From contig CALXAA010000001.1 of assembly GCA_944386165.1 (NCBI GenBank), positions 67,231 to 131,230 of the forward strand: 64,000 nucleotides of DNA, read 5' to 3'. The stretch comes from an uncultured Clostridia bacterium (GTDB lineage Bacteria; Bacillota; Clostridia; TANB77; CAG-508). A program made the translations under genes and the position numbers. A model generated the notes under the pieces. The model was given only the letters and a program-made list of their open reading frames with translations. It was not told the DNA's origin and did no database searches. Below, piece after piece: positions 39,072 through 47,755 of this stretch; the stretch's first letter is position 1, and each line of letters opens with the position of its first letter.

Positions 39072-39956
39072 CTATTCATTTTTTACATCTTTTTTTTGAA
39101 ATATTATTAATGATAACATATCAATTAGAATTGCAAAAATAATTAATATTATTGGTGAATATACAATATTAGAATAATTAAATATAATATATATTCCTAA
39201 AGAAATTAGAATATTTAATGCTATATTACTTGTAAATGAACTAATTAGTATGCCTATAGCAATTAATAATATATACAATGATATTTTATTAATTGTTAAA
39301 TTTATCATATAATAAGCTAAGTTCATAACATTGATACTTTGATCTGCTTTATTATATATTATTGCATCTAAACTATAACTATCAAATCCAAATATTAAAC
39401 CACCAATTGTATATTGTAATAAAACCATAAATACTATAATTATAATTACAATAAATATATTTGTTATTATTTTTGAACACATAATCTTTGCTCTTTTATG
39501 AGGCTTTACAAATAAGTTTTTTATTGTTCCTTTACTATATTCTTCAGAAATAATTGTACTAGATATTGCTATAACTATAAAAACAAAAATGATATCAAAA
39601 TTGTCAAAAATTTTCATTAATATTATTCTTGCATCTTTTGGCACTGGAGCATTTGTACTTTCTGTGTTTAATAATATATTATATTGAATATTATTTTCAT
39701 AAGCATATTTTTCAAGTGCCATTCTTTCAAAAATTTCTTCATATTTTTCATCATCTATGTTTTTTTGATACTCTAAATATGATTTATCTCTTTCATATCC
39801 TTTTTCATATTGTTTTACGATATCATCAACTTTTGGATTTGTTATTTTTTGAGACATGCTATAACCTACTATCATTAAAATTCCTATAAATACTAATATG
39901 TATATATTTTTTCTTTTAAATATTTTTATTAATTCATTTTCTATTAATTTTTTCAT
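39072..39956 (-). CDS. ABC-2 type transporter permease
   Basis: Multi-TM protein upstream of and adjacent to the ATPase gene. I place the start at MKKLIENELIKIFKRKN, with SD aaaggaga upstream. Confidence 0.7.
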   Translation of the reverse strand: MKKLIENELIKIFKRKNIYILVFIGILMIVGYSMSQKITNPKVDDIVKQYEKGYERDKSYLEYQKNIDDEKYEEIFERMALEKYAYENNIQYNILLNTESTNAPVPKDARIILMKIFDNFDIIFVFIVIAISSTIISEEYSKGTIKNLFVKPHKRAKIMCSKIITNIFIVIIIIVFMVLLQYTIGGLIFGFDSYSLDAIIYNKADQSINVMNLAYYMINLTINKISLYILLIAIGILISSFTSNIALNILISLGIYIIFNYSNIVYSPIILIIFAILIDMLSLIIFQKKDVKNE

Positions 39957-40007
39957 TTTTTCTCCTTTATTTTCTGAATAAATATTACCATATGTATTTA
40001 ATATTTT

Positions 40008-41074
40008 CAATTGAAATTTCAGTAATGAGGAATAAAAATTTTTCGCAATAAAAAAGTAGAAAAGTAGAATGAAAAGCCATCATTTGATACAATAAAGAAA
40101 AAAGATTGTAACAAAGAATGGTGATTTTTATGAACAGAAGAGAAAAAATAAAAAAGGAAATAGAAATATTTTCAGATGTAGTAAAAATAGTAAAACAATA
40201 TTTTCCAGGATTAAGCAAAAAGCTGAATGAATTAACAGACACAAGACATCAAAGTTATGTTGAATATCAAATGTCAGTAATAACAATAATATTAGAAATA
40301 GAACTAGAAGAAATACCACATTATGATACGATAAATAATGTATTTGAAAAGATAAATATAGAAGAACTAAGAAAAATACAAAAATATATGGTAAATAGAT
40401 TAATAAGAAGTAAAATGTTTTATAAATACAGATTTAAAGGAAAATATTTTCAAATAGTAATAGATGGAACCAATATGATGAAGTTTAAAAAAAGACATTG
40501 TAAGCATTGCTTAAAAAGAGTGCATAATGAAGGAAAAGAATATATGTGGATAGTATCTTTTAAAATAACGGCGAGAAATAGTAAAGAAATCATAAATTTT
40601 GGAAGGCAGAGATGGAGAATAGAAAATGAAGGATTTAATATACAGAAAAATGGAACATTTGATATAGAACATGTATATTCACAAAATTACAATGCAATAA
40701 AAGCACATTACTTTTTTATACAATTTGCACATACAATAAGGCAATTATTAGAAAAAGGTATAAAATATATAATTGAATTAAAGATAAGCAAAAAAGAAGT
40801 AAGTGCCCTCTTAACACAAGCACTTACTCATACAATAGCAAACCTAACCGAAAATAATAAAATACAGTTAAGATTTGTTCTTAAATTAAGTATATAATAA
40901 AAATAAAATAAATCAATAGAAATCTCAAAAAAATATATTTTTTGAGGTAAGGATTATATGTGAAAATTACAGAAGATACTCTAAAAAAAATTCTTAAAAA
41001 TCTTAGAAATTAAGAATGATGAGAAATAATTTTAAAAACTTAAAATTTATTCCTCATTACTGTTGAAATTTTGA
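40008..41074 (+). mobile_element. Defective IS element (IS4/IS5-type DDE transposase family) with terminal inverted repeats
   Basis: Left end ttgaaatttcagtaatgaggaataaa (40011-40036). Right end tttattcctcattactgttgaaatttt (41046-41072). The two are reverse complements apart from a 2-nt indel. They enclose a shortened transposase ORF. Confidence 0.7.
40118..40897 (+). pseudogene. Internally deleted DDE transposase (DDE_Tnp_1-like)
   Basis: Contains QIVIDGT, HCKHCLKR and the C-terminal GRQRWRIENEGFNIQKN (YREK-like) motifs. It is only 259 aa and lacks the central region that would carry the second Asp. Confidence 0.55.
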
Positions 41075-41079
41075 TATAT

Positions 41080-41108
41080 TTGCATTTTTGCCCAAAATAT
41101 GTTATAAT
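41080..41108 (+). promoter_or_regulatory. Sigma-A-type promoter upstream of the 110-aa ORF
   Basis: TTGCAT, a 17-nt spacer, then TGtTATAAT. It begins 6 nt beyond the IS right end. Confidence 0.5.
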
Positions 41109-41176
41109 TAGAAGTGTTAGCATTTATTGTGAATAAAACAAATTATAATAATGAAACATTGAAAGGATGTTAATTA

Positions 41177-41509
41177 ATGGGATTAATAGTAGTAATATAT
41201 ATATTAGTATTTATAATTTTCGCATTATGTGCATTTGCTGTTATGCAGATAAAGCTTGCAGGAATAAATGTTAAAGATTTCTGGAGTTTTATTGAAGCAA
41301 ACCAAATTTTAGATAAATTATATGAGTTTTCTCAAAGGTACAAAACATTAACACCTCAGCAAAAAGTTGTTTATTTAATGGAAGCAGAAAAAGTTTTTAA
41401 TGCTTTTGATAAGATTCCTAATATTATTTGGGAAGATGAATTTAAAAAATATGATGAAGTATTAAAAAAATATAAAGAGATAAAATTAGAAAAATGGATA
41501 TCAAATTAA
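41177..41509 (+). CDS. Hypothetical small membrane-anchored protein
   Basis: 110 aa with one N-terminal TM. SD aaaggatg. A terminator follows. Confidence 0.45.
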   Translation: MGLIVVIYILVFIIFALCAFAVMQIKLAGINVKDFWSFIEANQILDKLYEFSQRYKTLTPQQKVVYLMEAEKVFNAFDKIPNIIWEDEFKKYDEVLKKYKEIKLEKWISN

Positions 41510-41518
41510 TATCCATTT
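41492..41518. terminator. Bidirectional terminator between convergent genes
   Basis: aaatggatat / atatccattt stem with A and T flanks. Confidence 0.65.
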
Positions 41519-41524
41519 TTTTAT

Positions 41525-43930
41525 TTATAATGTTGTTAATTTAAAAATAAATTCTTTATTTTTTACAATTTCCCCATTTAAAATATCTTCTGCAATTTTA
41601 TCTTCAACTAATTCTTGAATTGCTCGTCTTAAAGGACGTGCTCCATAATTTTTGTCTATTTTAGTTTTTGATATATTTTCTGCAACAGATGGATCAATTT
41701 TTACTAAATATTTTTTTTCTTCTAATCTTTTTTCAACTTGTTTTAACATTATTTTAGTAATTTGTAGTATTTCATTTTCTTCTAATGTATGAAATACTAT
41801 TATTTCATCTATTCTATTTATTAATTCTGGTCTAAATTCTTTTTTTAATTCTTTCATTATTTCATTTTTCGTGTCTTCATATTCTTTTCTATTTTCATTT
41901 TCAAAACCTAATATTTTTTTATCTGTAATATATCTTGCTCCAATATTTGAAGTCATTATAATAATTGTATTTTTAAAATTAGTTTCTCTTCCTTGGGAAT
42001 CTGTAAGTCTTCCATCTTCTAAAATTTGTAAAAGTAAATTCATTACATCTGGATGGGCTTTTTCTATTTCATCAAATAAAATAAGTGAATATGGCTTTCT
42101 TTTGACCTTTTCTGTTAATTGCCCTCCATTATCATGTCCTATATATCCAGGAGGTGCCCCTATTATTTTTGATACAGAATGTGGTTCCATATATTCAGAC
42201 ATATCAAGTCTTATCATTGTATTTTCATTGTCAAATATATTTTCTGCTAATGCTTTAGATAATTCTGTTTTTCCAACACCTGTTGGCCCTAAAAACAAAA
42301 ATGAACCTATTGGTCTTTTGGGGTCTTTTAGTCCTATTCTTCCTCTTCTTATTGCTTTTGCAACAGCTTCTACTGCTTCATTTTGTCCAATTACTCTTTT
42401 ATGCAAATTTTCTTCTAAATGTTTCAATTTTTCATTATCATTTTCATTTAACTTTTGAACTGGTATTCCTGTCCATTTTGAAATTACTTCTGCAATGTTT
42501 TCTTCTTTAATTTCTGTAATATCTATATTTTTTTGAGTCTTCCAATGTTCTAAATTTTCATTTAATTTAGTTTGAATTTCTTTTTCTCTATCTCTTAAAC
42601 TAGCTGCTTTTTCAAATTGCTGACTTAAAATTGATTCTTCTTTTTCTTTTTCTATTTTTTCTAATTCTTCTTGCATCTTTTTTATTTCCTCTGGTTCAAT
42701 ATATTTTTTTATTCTTGTTTTAGAAGCTGCTTCATCAATTAAATCAATTGCTTTATCTGGAAGAAACCTATCTGTTATATATCTAACAGATAGAGCTGTT
42801 GCTGCCTTTATTGCGTCATCAGTAATTTTTACATTGTGATGTGCTTCATATTTATCTCTAATTCCATATAATATTTCTATTGTTTCCGCTTCTGTTGGCT
42901 CATCTACTTTAACTATACTAAATCTTCTTTCTAAAGCAGAGTCTTTTTCTATATATTTTCTATATTCTTCTAGTGTTGTAGCACCTATTAATTGAATTTC
43001 TCCTCTTGCTAATAGTGGTTTTAAAATATTTGCAGCATCAATTGCTCCTTCTGCTGCTCCTGCTCCAACTATAGTATGTATTTCATCTATAAATAATATT
43101 ATATCTCCTGCTTTTCTTACTTCAGCTAATGCTTTTTTTATTCTATCTTCAAAATCACCTCTATATTTTGTTCCAGCAACCATACTTGAAAGATCTATAC
43201 TAACAATTCTTTTTTCTCTTAAATTCTGAGGCACATCTCCAATAATAATTTTTTCAGCCAATCCTTCAACTATAGCTGTTTTTCCTACTCCTGGTTCTCC
43301 AACTAAACATGGATTATTTTTTGTTCTTCTAGATAAAATTTCTATCATTCTTTCAATTTCTTTTTCTCGTCCTATAATATTGTCAAATTTTCCTTCTTCT
43401 GCTTTTTCTGTAATGTCTTCTCCATATTGATTAAGTATTGGCGTTTGAGAATTTTGGTGTTTATTATTTGAAGTTTCTTTATTGTTTTCATTATATATTT
43501 CTTCATTTATTACTTTTGCAATTTCATTATATATTTGTGGTATTTCAACATTTAATTCTATTATAATTTTTACTGCAATACTATCTTCTTCTTTTAGAAT
43601 TGCTAATAATAAATGTTCTGTTCCTATATAATTATATCCTATTCTTTTTGCTTCTAAAAAAGCATTTTCTAGGACCCTTTTGCTTCTTGGTGTAAATCCT
43701 AAAGATTCTTTTATTTCTTTTCCATTTCCTAACATTTCTTGAATCTCTTTTAATACTTTTTCAGATGTAATTCCTTTGTTTGTTAATACTTTAGATGCAA
43801 TTCCTTCACCTTCTTTTACTAATCCATATAAAATATGTTCTGTACCTATATAATTATGGCCTAATTCAATAGATTTGTCATTTGCAATTTCAATAACTTT
43901 TTTCGCTCTGTTTGTAAATTTATATAACAT
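41525..43930 (-). CDS. clpC: ATP-dependent Clp protease ATP-binding subunit ClpC
   Basis: Double Clp_N repeat. Two AAA modules (GEPGVGKTA and GPTGVGKTE). UVR-like FEKAASLRDREKE linker. Confidence 0.9.
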   Translation of the reverse strand: MLYKFTNRAKKVIEIANDKSIELGHNYIGTEHILYGLVKEGEGIASKVLTNKGITSEKVLKEIQEMLGNGKEIKESLGFTPRSKRVLENAFLEAKRIGYNYIGTEHLLLAILKEEDSIAVKIIIELNVEIPQIYNEIAKVINEEIYNENNKETSNNKHQNSQTPILNQYGEDITEKAEEGKFDNIIGREKEIERMIEILSRRTKNNPCLVGEPGVGKTAIVEGLAEKIIIGDVPQNLREKRIVSIDLSSMVAGTKYRGDFEDRIKKALAEVRKAGDIILFIDEIHTIVGAGAAEGAIDAANILKPLLARGEIQLIGATTLEEYRKYIEKDSALERRFSIVKVDEPTEAETIEILYGIRDKYEAHHNVKITDDAIKAATALSVRYITDRFLPDKAIDLIDEAASKTRIKKYIEPEEIKKMQEELEKIEKEKEESILSQQFEKAASLRDREKEIQTKLNENLEHWKTQKNIDITEIKEENIAEVISKWTGIPVQKLNENDNEKLKHLEENLHKRVIGQNEAVEAVAKAIRRGRIGLKDPKRPIGSFLFLGPTGVGKTELSKALAENIFDNENTMIRLDMSEYMEPHSVSKIIGAPPGYIGHDNGGQLTEKVKRKPYSLILFDEIEKAHPDVMNLLLQILEDGRLTDSQGRETNFKNTIIIMTSNIGARYITDKKILGFENENRKEYEDTKNEIMKELKKEFRPELINRIDEIIVFHTLEENEILQITKIMLKQVEKRLEEKKYLVKIDPSVAENISKTKIDKNYGARPLRRAIQELVEDKIAEDILNGEIVKNKEFIFKLTTL

Positions 43931-43950
43931 TTTATTTTCCTCCTTAAATG

Positions 43951-44115
43951 TTATTTTTTCTTTTTATCTTTTGTTTTTGTCATTTTAGCTAATTCTTCCG
44001 CCTTAATTTTTTGGTCTGGTAATGGTATCCAAGCAAAATAAGATGATACAAACTCTCCGTATTGAGTCGCATCTTCTCCTACTTCTGGATGAGTTTGTTT
44101 TTGTTTTTTATCCAT
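43951..44115 (-). CDS. Hypothetical 54-aa protein upstream of clpC
   Basis: ORF not in the track: MDKKQKQTHPEVGEDATQYGEFVSSYFAWIPLPDQKIKAEELAKMTKTKDKKKK. SD aaaggag 8 nt upstream. Confidence 0.35.
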   Translation of the reverse strand: MDKKQKQTHPEVGEDATQYGEFVSSYFAWIPLPDQKIKAEELAKMTKTKDKKKK

Positions 44116-44264
44116 AAAAAAGCACTCCTTTCATATAAGGTATGTGCTTTTTTTCATTTTTTATTCAATTAATCTTTTATTCCAAATAATAATTTAACTA
44201 TGCCTCTTAAGCATTTTGGAACTTTTTTTACTACTATAGTCATATGTACCTCCTTTTTTCCTTT

Positions 44265-44411
44265 TTAGCAGAGTAGCCATAATATTCCTACAAGTATTAC
44301 TATTACTCCTATTAAAAAGAGCCACCCAGTTATTGGAAGGAATAATGCTAGTAATATTCCTATTCCTAGTCCTACTAGACATACTCCAAATGTCTTTTTT
44401 AAAATTTTCAT
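44265..44411 (-). CDS. Hypothetical 48-aa two-helix membrane peptide
   Basis: ORF not in the track: MKILKKTFGVCLVGLGIGILLALFLPITGWLFLIGVIVILVGILWLLC. SD ggagga 7 nt upstream. Confidence 0.3.
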   Translation of the reverse strand: MKILKKTFGVCLVGLGIGILLALFLPITGWLFLIGVIVILVGILWLLC

Positions 44412-44546
44412 TATGATTTCCTCCAACTTTTTATATATTATATTAATTTTTATTTTAAGATGTGATTTATGTAGAATTATATTTTTTTATTCTCAAATCA
44501 TATTAATAGACCTTTATTAATATTATTATTTGAAAGGTTATTTTAT

Positions 44547-45848
44547 ATGAAAAAAATTAAAACATTTATATTTAATACATTAATATTATTATTTAGTTCA
44601 ATAATTTTACAAATAATTAGTACATATTTTAATGTTTACATATCTAATTCTATTGGAGAAGAAGCTGTTGGAGTTTTTGCTCTAGTTATGTCTGTATATA
44701 CTTTTGGAATAACTTTAGCTTCAGCTGGTATAAATATCGCTACAACTAGAATTGTTTCAGAAGAACTTGCAGCAAATAATGAAACTGGAAGTAAGAAAGC
44801 TGCTACTAGATGTGTTCTTTTTAGCTTATTTTTTGGAATTTGTGCAAGTTTTGTTTTTTTTATTTTTGCTGATTTTATTGTATTAAAATGCTTACATAAT
44901 CAAATTAGTAAAAATGTAATTTATTTAATTTGTATTGCATTACCATTTATTTCTATGTCATCAGCTATAAATGGGTATTTTACAGCTGTTAGACGAGTAT
45001 ATAAAAATGCTGTTTCTAAATTTATTGAGGAACTTGTAAAAATTATATTTACTGCATTTTTATTAAGTTCTTTTATGCCCAAAACCATTGACTTTGCTTG
45101 TTATTCTTTAATTTTGGCAGATGTAATTTCAGAAGTAGTTTCTTTTTTAGCTTTGTTTGTTTTTTATAAATTTGACAAGCGAAAAAATTTATTAGAATCT
45201 AGATATAAAGATTTAGATTCTTATAATAAACGTATTTTGAGAATTACTATACCAGTTGCTATAACATCTTATTTGCGTTCAGGACTTTCTACAATAAAAC
45301 AATTAATAATACCTTCTAGTTTACAAAAAAGTGGAATGAATGCTTCAAATAGTTTAATTTCTTATGGAATTGTTAATGGTATGGCAATGCCTATTATTAT
45401 GTTTCCTGTTATACTAGTTACTAGTTTTAGTGGACTTTTAATACCTGAATTTTCTAGATTATTAGTTGAGAAAAAATATAATAAAATAAAAAAAGTATCT
45501 ATTTTTATTTTGAGTTTTACTTTTATTTTTGCAATGTTTATTACTATTATAATTTTTACTTTTTCTGATTTATTGAGCACTTTAATTTATCAAAAACTAG
45601 AAATTGCAAAATATTTGCGTATACTTTCTCCTTTAATAATTATTATGTATTTAGATATTGTTATTGATGGCATTTTAAAAGGGTTAGATGCTCAGGTTTC
45701 TGTTATGGCTATTAATGTTTTTGATTGTATTATTAGTATTGGTTTTATTTATTTTTTTGTACCTGTTTTGGGCTTTAGTGGATATATAATTTCTATTTTT
45801 ATTAGTGAAGTTGTTAATTTTTCATTGAGTCGGAATAAAACTTATTAA
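44547..45848 (+). CDS. MOP-superfamily flippase, SpoVB-like (stage V sporulation protein B / polysaccharide biosynthesis protein family)
   Basis: Multi-TM protein with N-terminal IGEEAVGVFALVMSVYTFGITLASAGINIATTRIVSEE, resembling SpoVB. At 433 aa it is shorter than the roughly 500 aa typical of the family. Confidence 0.7.
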   Translation: MKKIKTFIFNTLILLFSSIILQIISTYFNVYISNSIGEEAVGVFALVMSVYTFGITLASAGINIATTRIVSEELAANNETGSKKAATRCVLFSLFFGICASFVFFIFADFIVLKCLHNQISKNVIYLICIALPFISMSSAINGYFTAVRRVYKNAVSKFIEELVKIIFTAFLLSSFMPKTIDFACYSLILADVISEVVSFLALFVFYKFDKRKNLLESRYKDLDSYNKRILRITIPVAITSYLRSGLSTIKQLIIPSSLQKSGMNASNSLISYGIVNGMAMPIIMFPVILVTSFSGLLIPEFSRLLVEKKYNKIKKVSIFILSFTFIFAMFITIIIFTFSDLLSTLIYQKLEIAKYLRILSPLIIIMYLDIVIDGILKGLDAQVSVMAINVFDCIISIGFIYFFVPVLGFSGYIISIFISEVVNFSLSRNKTY

Positions 45849-45918
45849 TATTTTAAAGAAGCAGAATAAAAATGAGTAGAATCCTTTTTGGCAATATGAT
45901 ATAATTTTAACAAATTTT

Positions 45919-45944
45919 TGTAACGAATTTGAATTTCATACGTC
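45919..45944 (+). promoter_or_regulatory. Candidate ECF-type autoregulatory promoter
   Basis: tGTAAC, a 16-nt spacer, then CGTC, directly upstream of the ECF sigma gene. This resembles the GAAC...CGT architecture. Confidence 0.45.
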
Positions 45945-45969
45945 ATATATGCAAAGGAGGATAAAAGTT

Positions 45970-46449
45970 ATGCAGGATATTGAAAAAATATACGAAGAAT
46001 ATTTTGAAACAGTAAACAAATACTTATTCTGTTTAACTCATAATAGCGATATTTCTGAAGAACTTACCCAAGAAACTTTTTGCAAAGCAGTAAAAAAAAT
46101 TAATACATATAAAGGCGAATGTAAAATGTCAGTATGGTTATGTCAAATTGCAAAAAATCTTTGGTATGATCAATGTAGAAAAAATAAGAAGTTAGTAAAT
46201 ACAAAAGAGTCTGAATTATTAAATATACAAGTTTTAAACTCATTAGAAGAACAAGTTATCTCAAATGATGAAAAAATAAGATTATATAAAAAAATGCAAA
46301 AATTAGATGCTCAAACTAGAGAAGTAATGTATTTACGAATAACAGGAGAATTAAGTTTTAAAGAAATAGGGATTATTTTGAATAAAACAGAAAACTGGGC
46401 TAGAGTAACATTTTATCGAGGAAAAAATCAATTAAAGGAGGTTGATTAA
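45970..46449 (+). CDS. ECF-family RNA polymerase sigma factor
   Basis: Region 2 (ELTQETFCKAVKKINTY) and region 4 (EVMYLRITGELSFKEIGIILNKTENWARVTFYRGK) patterns. ATG at 45970, with SD aaaggagg upstream. Confidence 0.9.
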   Translation: MQDIEKIYEEYFETVNKYLFCLTHNSDISEELTQETFCKAVKKINTYKGECKMSVWLCQIAKNLWYDQCRKNKKLVNTKESELLNIQVLNSLEEQVISNDEKIRLYKKMQKLDAQTREVMYLRITGELSFKEIGIILNKTENWARVTFYRGKNQLKEVD

Positions 46450-46450
46450 T

Positions 46451-47302
46451 ATGAATGAAAAAAAAGATTGTAAAATTGTTCAAGATTTATTACCTAATTA
46501 CATTGAAAACTTAACAAGTGAAGAAACTAATTTATTTATTAAAGAACATTTAAAAGAATGTACTGAGTGTCAAAATATACTAGAAAATATGCAAAAAGAA
46601 TTGAATATAGATAATATGAAAAGAGAAGAAAGAGAAGTAAAATACATAAAAAAATTTAGTAATAAAATGAAAATATTAAAATTAATTATATTAACTCTAA
46701 TCATAATATATGTTGTAATTGTAATAGGAAGAAGTTTCATTATGACTTCACTTTCTAAAAAAGCTAAAGAAAATTTATTAAATAATAATTATTATGCTAA
46801 ACTATATTCATATCAAGGAGATTCATTAACAATAACAGAAAGTTATAATAAAGGAGAAGATTATTTAACTACAAAAACAAGCTATGTAAACGGTAATCAA
46901 ATTCAAAAATTAACTTATTATAAAAAAGGAACTGAAGAATTATTTTTAACAGATTTAGATGGAAAAAAATATATACAAAATCCTGAGTCTATGGTTGGTA
47001 GTCATGTAGTACCTGAAATATATGTATCATGTGGATTTTTAACAAATATGCAAGAAGCTTTTATTACAGGTATAGATAAAACCTATTGTAATACAAAAGA
47101 ATGTTATGTTTTTAAGGGAAATGATTATGAAAGATATGTAGATAAAGAAACAGGGTTAATTGTAAGAGCTATAGAAAAATCAGATATAGATCTATTTTCT
47201 AGTCAAATTGATATGATTATAGATTATGAATATAAATTTAATGTTGTACAAGATAGTGATATTGTAAGACCAGATACAACAGGTTATATTTTTAATGAAT
47301 AA
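46451..47302 (+). CDS. Anti-sigma factor (zf-HC2 N-terminus, one TM, extracytoplasmic domain)
   Basis: HLKECTECQNILENM matches the H-x3-C-x2-C zinc motif. There is a central TM. The gene overlaps or abuts the sigma gene. Confidence 0.7.
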   Translation: MNEKKDCKIVQDLLPNYIENLTSEETNLFIKEHLKECTECQNILENMQKELNIDNMKREEREVKYIKKFSNKMKILKLIILTLIIIYVVIVIGRSFIMTSLSKKAKENLLNNNYYAKLYSYQGDSLTITESYNKGEDYLTTKTSYVNGNQIQKLTYYKKGTEELFLTDLDGKKYIQNPESMVGSHVVPEIYVSCGFLTNMQEAFITGIDKTYCNTKECYVFKGNDYERYVDKETGLIVRAIEKSDIDLFSSQIDMIIDYEYKFNVVQDSDIVRPDTTGYIFNE

Positions 47303-47347
47303 TTTCACAAAAAAAATATTTCACCATATAATGTTATGGTGATGTTT

Positions 47348-47720
47348 ATGAATATTGTAAATTATGATAGAACATCTGCAATTTCTTATGCAAAAAAATG
47401 GATGGTATTATAATAATGGATATGATAAATCTCCATCTTGGAGTGGTGTTGAATTTTTATATAAGTTTTTAACTACAAATAATGGATTTGGTCCTCGAGG
47501 AACTGAAGTTTTGCAGGATAAAATTGAAGTTGGTGATATTGTTCAACTTTCATTTAATGGTTCAACTTTTGAACATAGTTTATTTATAATTAATATTACA
47601 GGTTCTTCTTTAAATGATATAGCAATTGCAGCACATACTTATGATGTATTAGGAAAAAAGGTTGGAGAATATAATTTTAGTAAATATAGATTTATTCACA
47701 TAGAAAATGTAGGGATATAA
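47348..47720 (+). pseudogene. Putative amidase-domain (Amidase_6-like) gene with internal deletion and frameshift
   Basis: Frame a reads MNIVNYDRTSAISYAKKW and then stops. Frame b continues GWYYNNGYDKSPSWSGVEFLYKFL...GDIVQLSF...AAHT. The segment that normally carries the GGDCTNF catalytic Cys is absent. The junction is at tgg-a-tgg (47399-47405). Confidence 0.5.
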
Positions 47721-47742
47721 TTTGTTTATCCCTACATTTTTT
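47708..47742. terminator. Bidirectional terminator between convergent genes
   Basis: tgtagggata / tatccctaca 10-bp stem followed by a T-run. Confidence 0.7.
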
Positions 47743-47755
47743 GTGTACAAAAATA

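Noticed and set aside
39985-40319. 85-aa and 63-aa minus-strand ORFs across the IS left end
   Set aside because: They span the IS inverted repeat and the antisense strand of the transposase start. They have a Phe/Leu-rich shadow composition and no SD.
41871-42458. 195-aa plus-strand ORF inside clpC, with analogous ORFs inside clpB (51141-51506 and others)
   Set aside because: These are antisense to strongly conserved AAA+ coding sequence. They are shadow ORFs.
44194-44382. 62-aa minus-strand ORF from the track (MSSRTRNRNITS...)
   Set aside because: It has no SD and an Arg/Asn/Ser-rich composition. It overlaps, in another frame, two mini-ORFs that do have good SD sequences.
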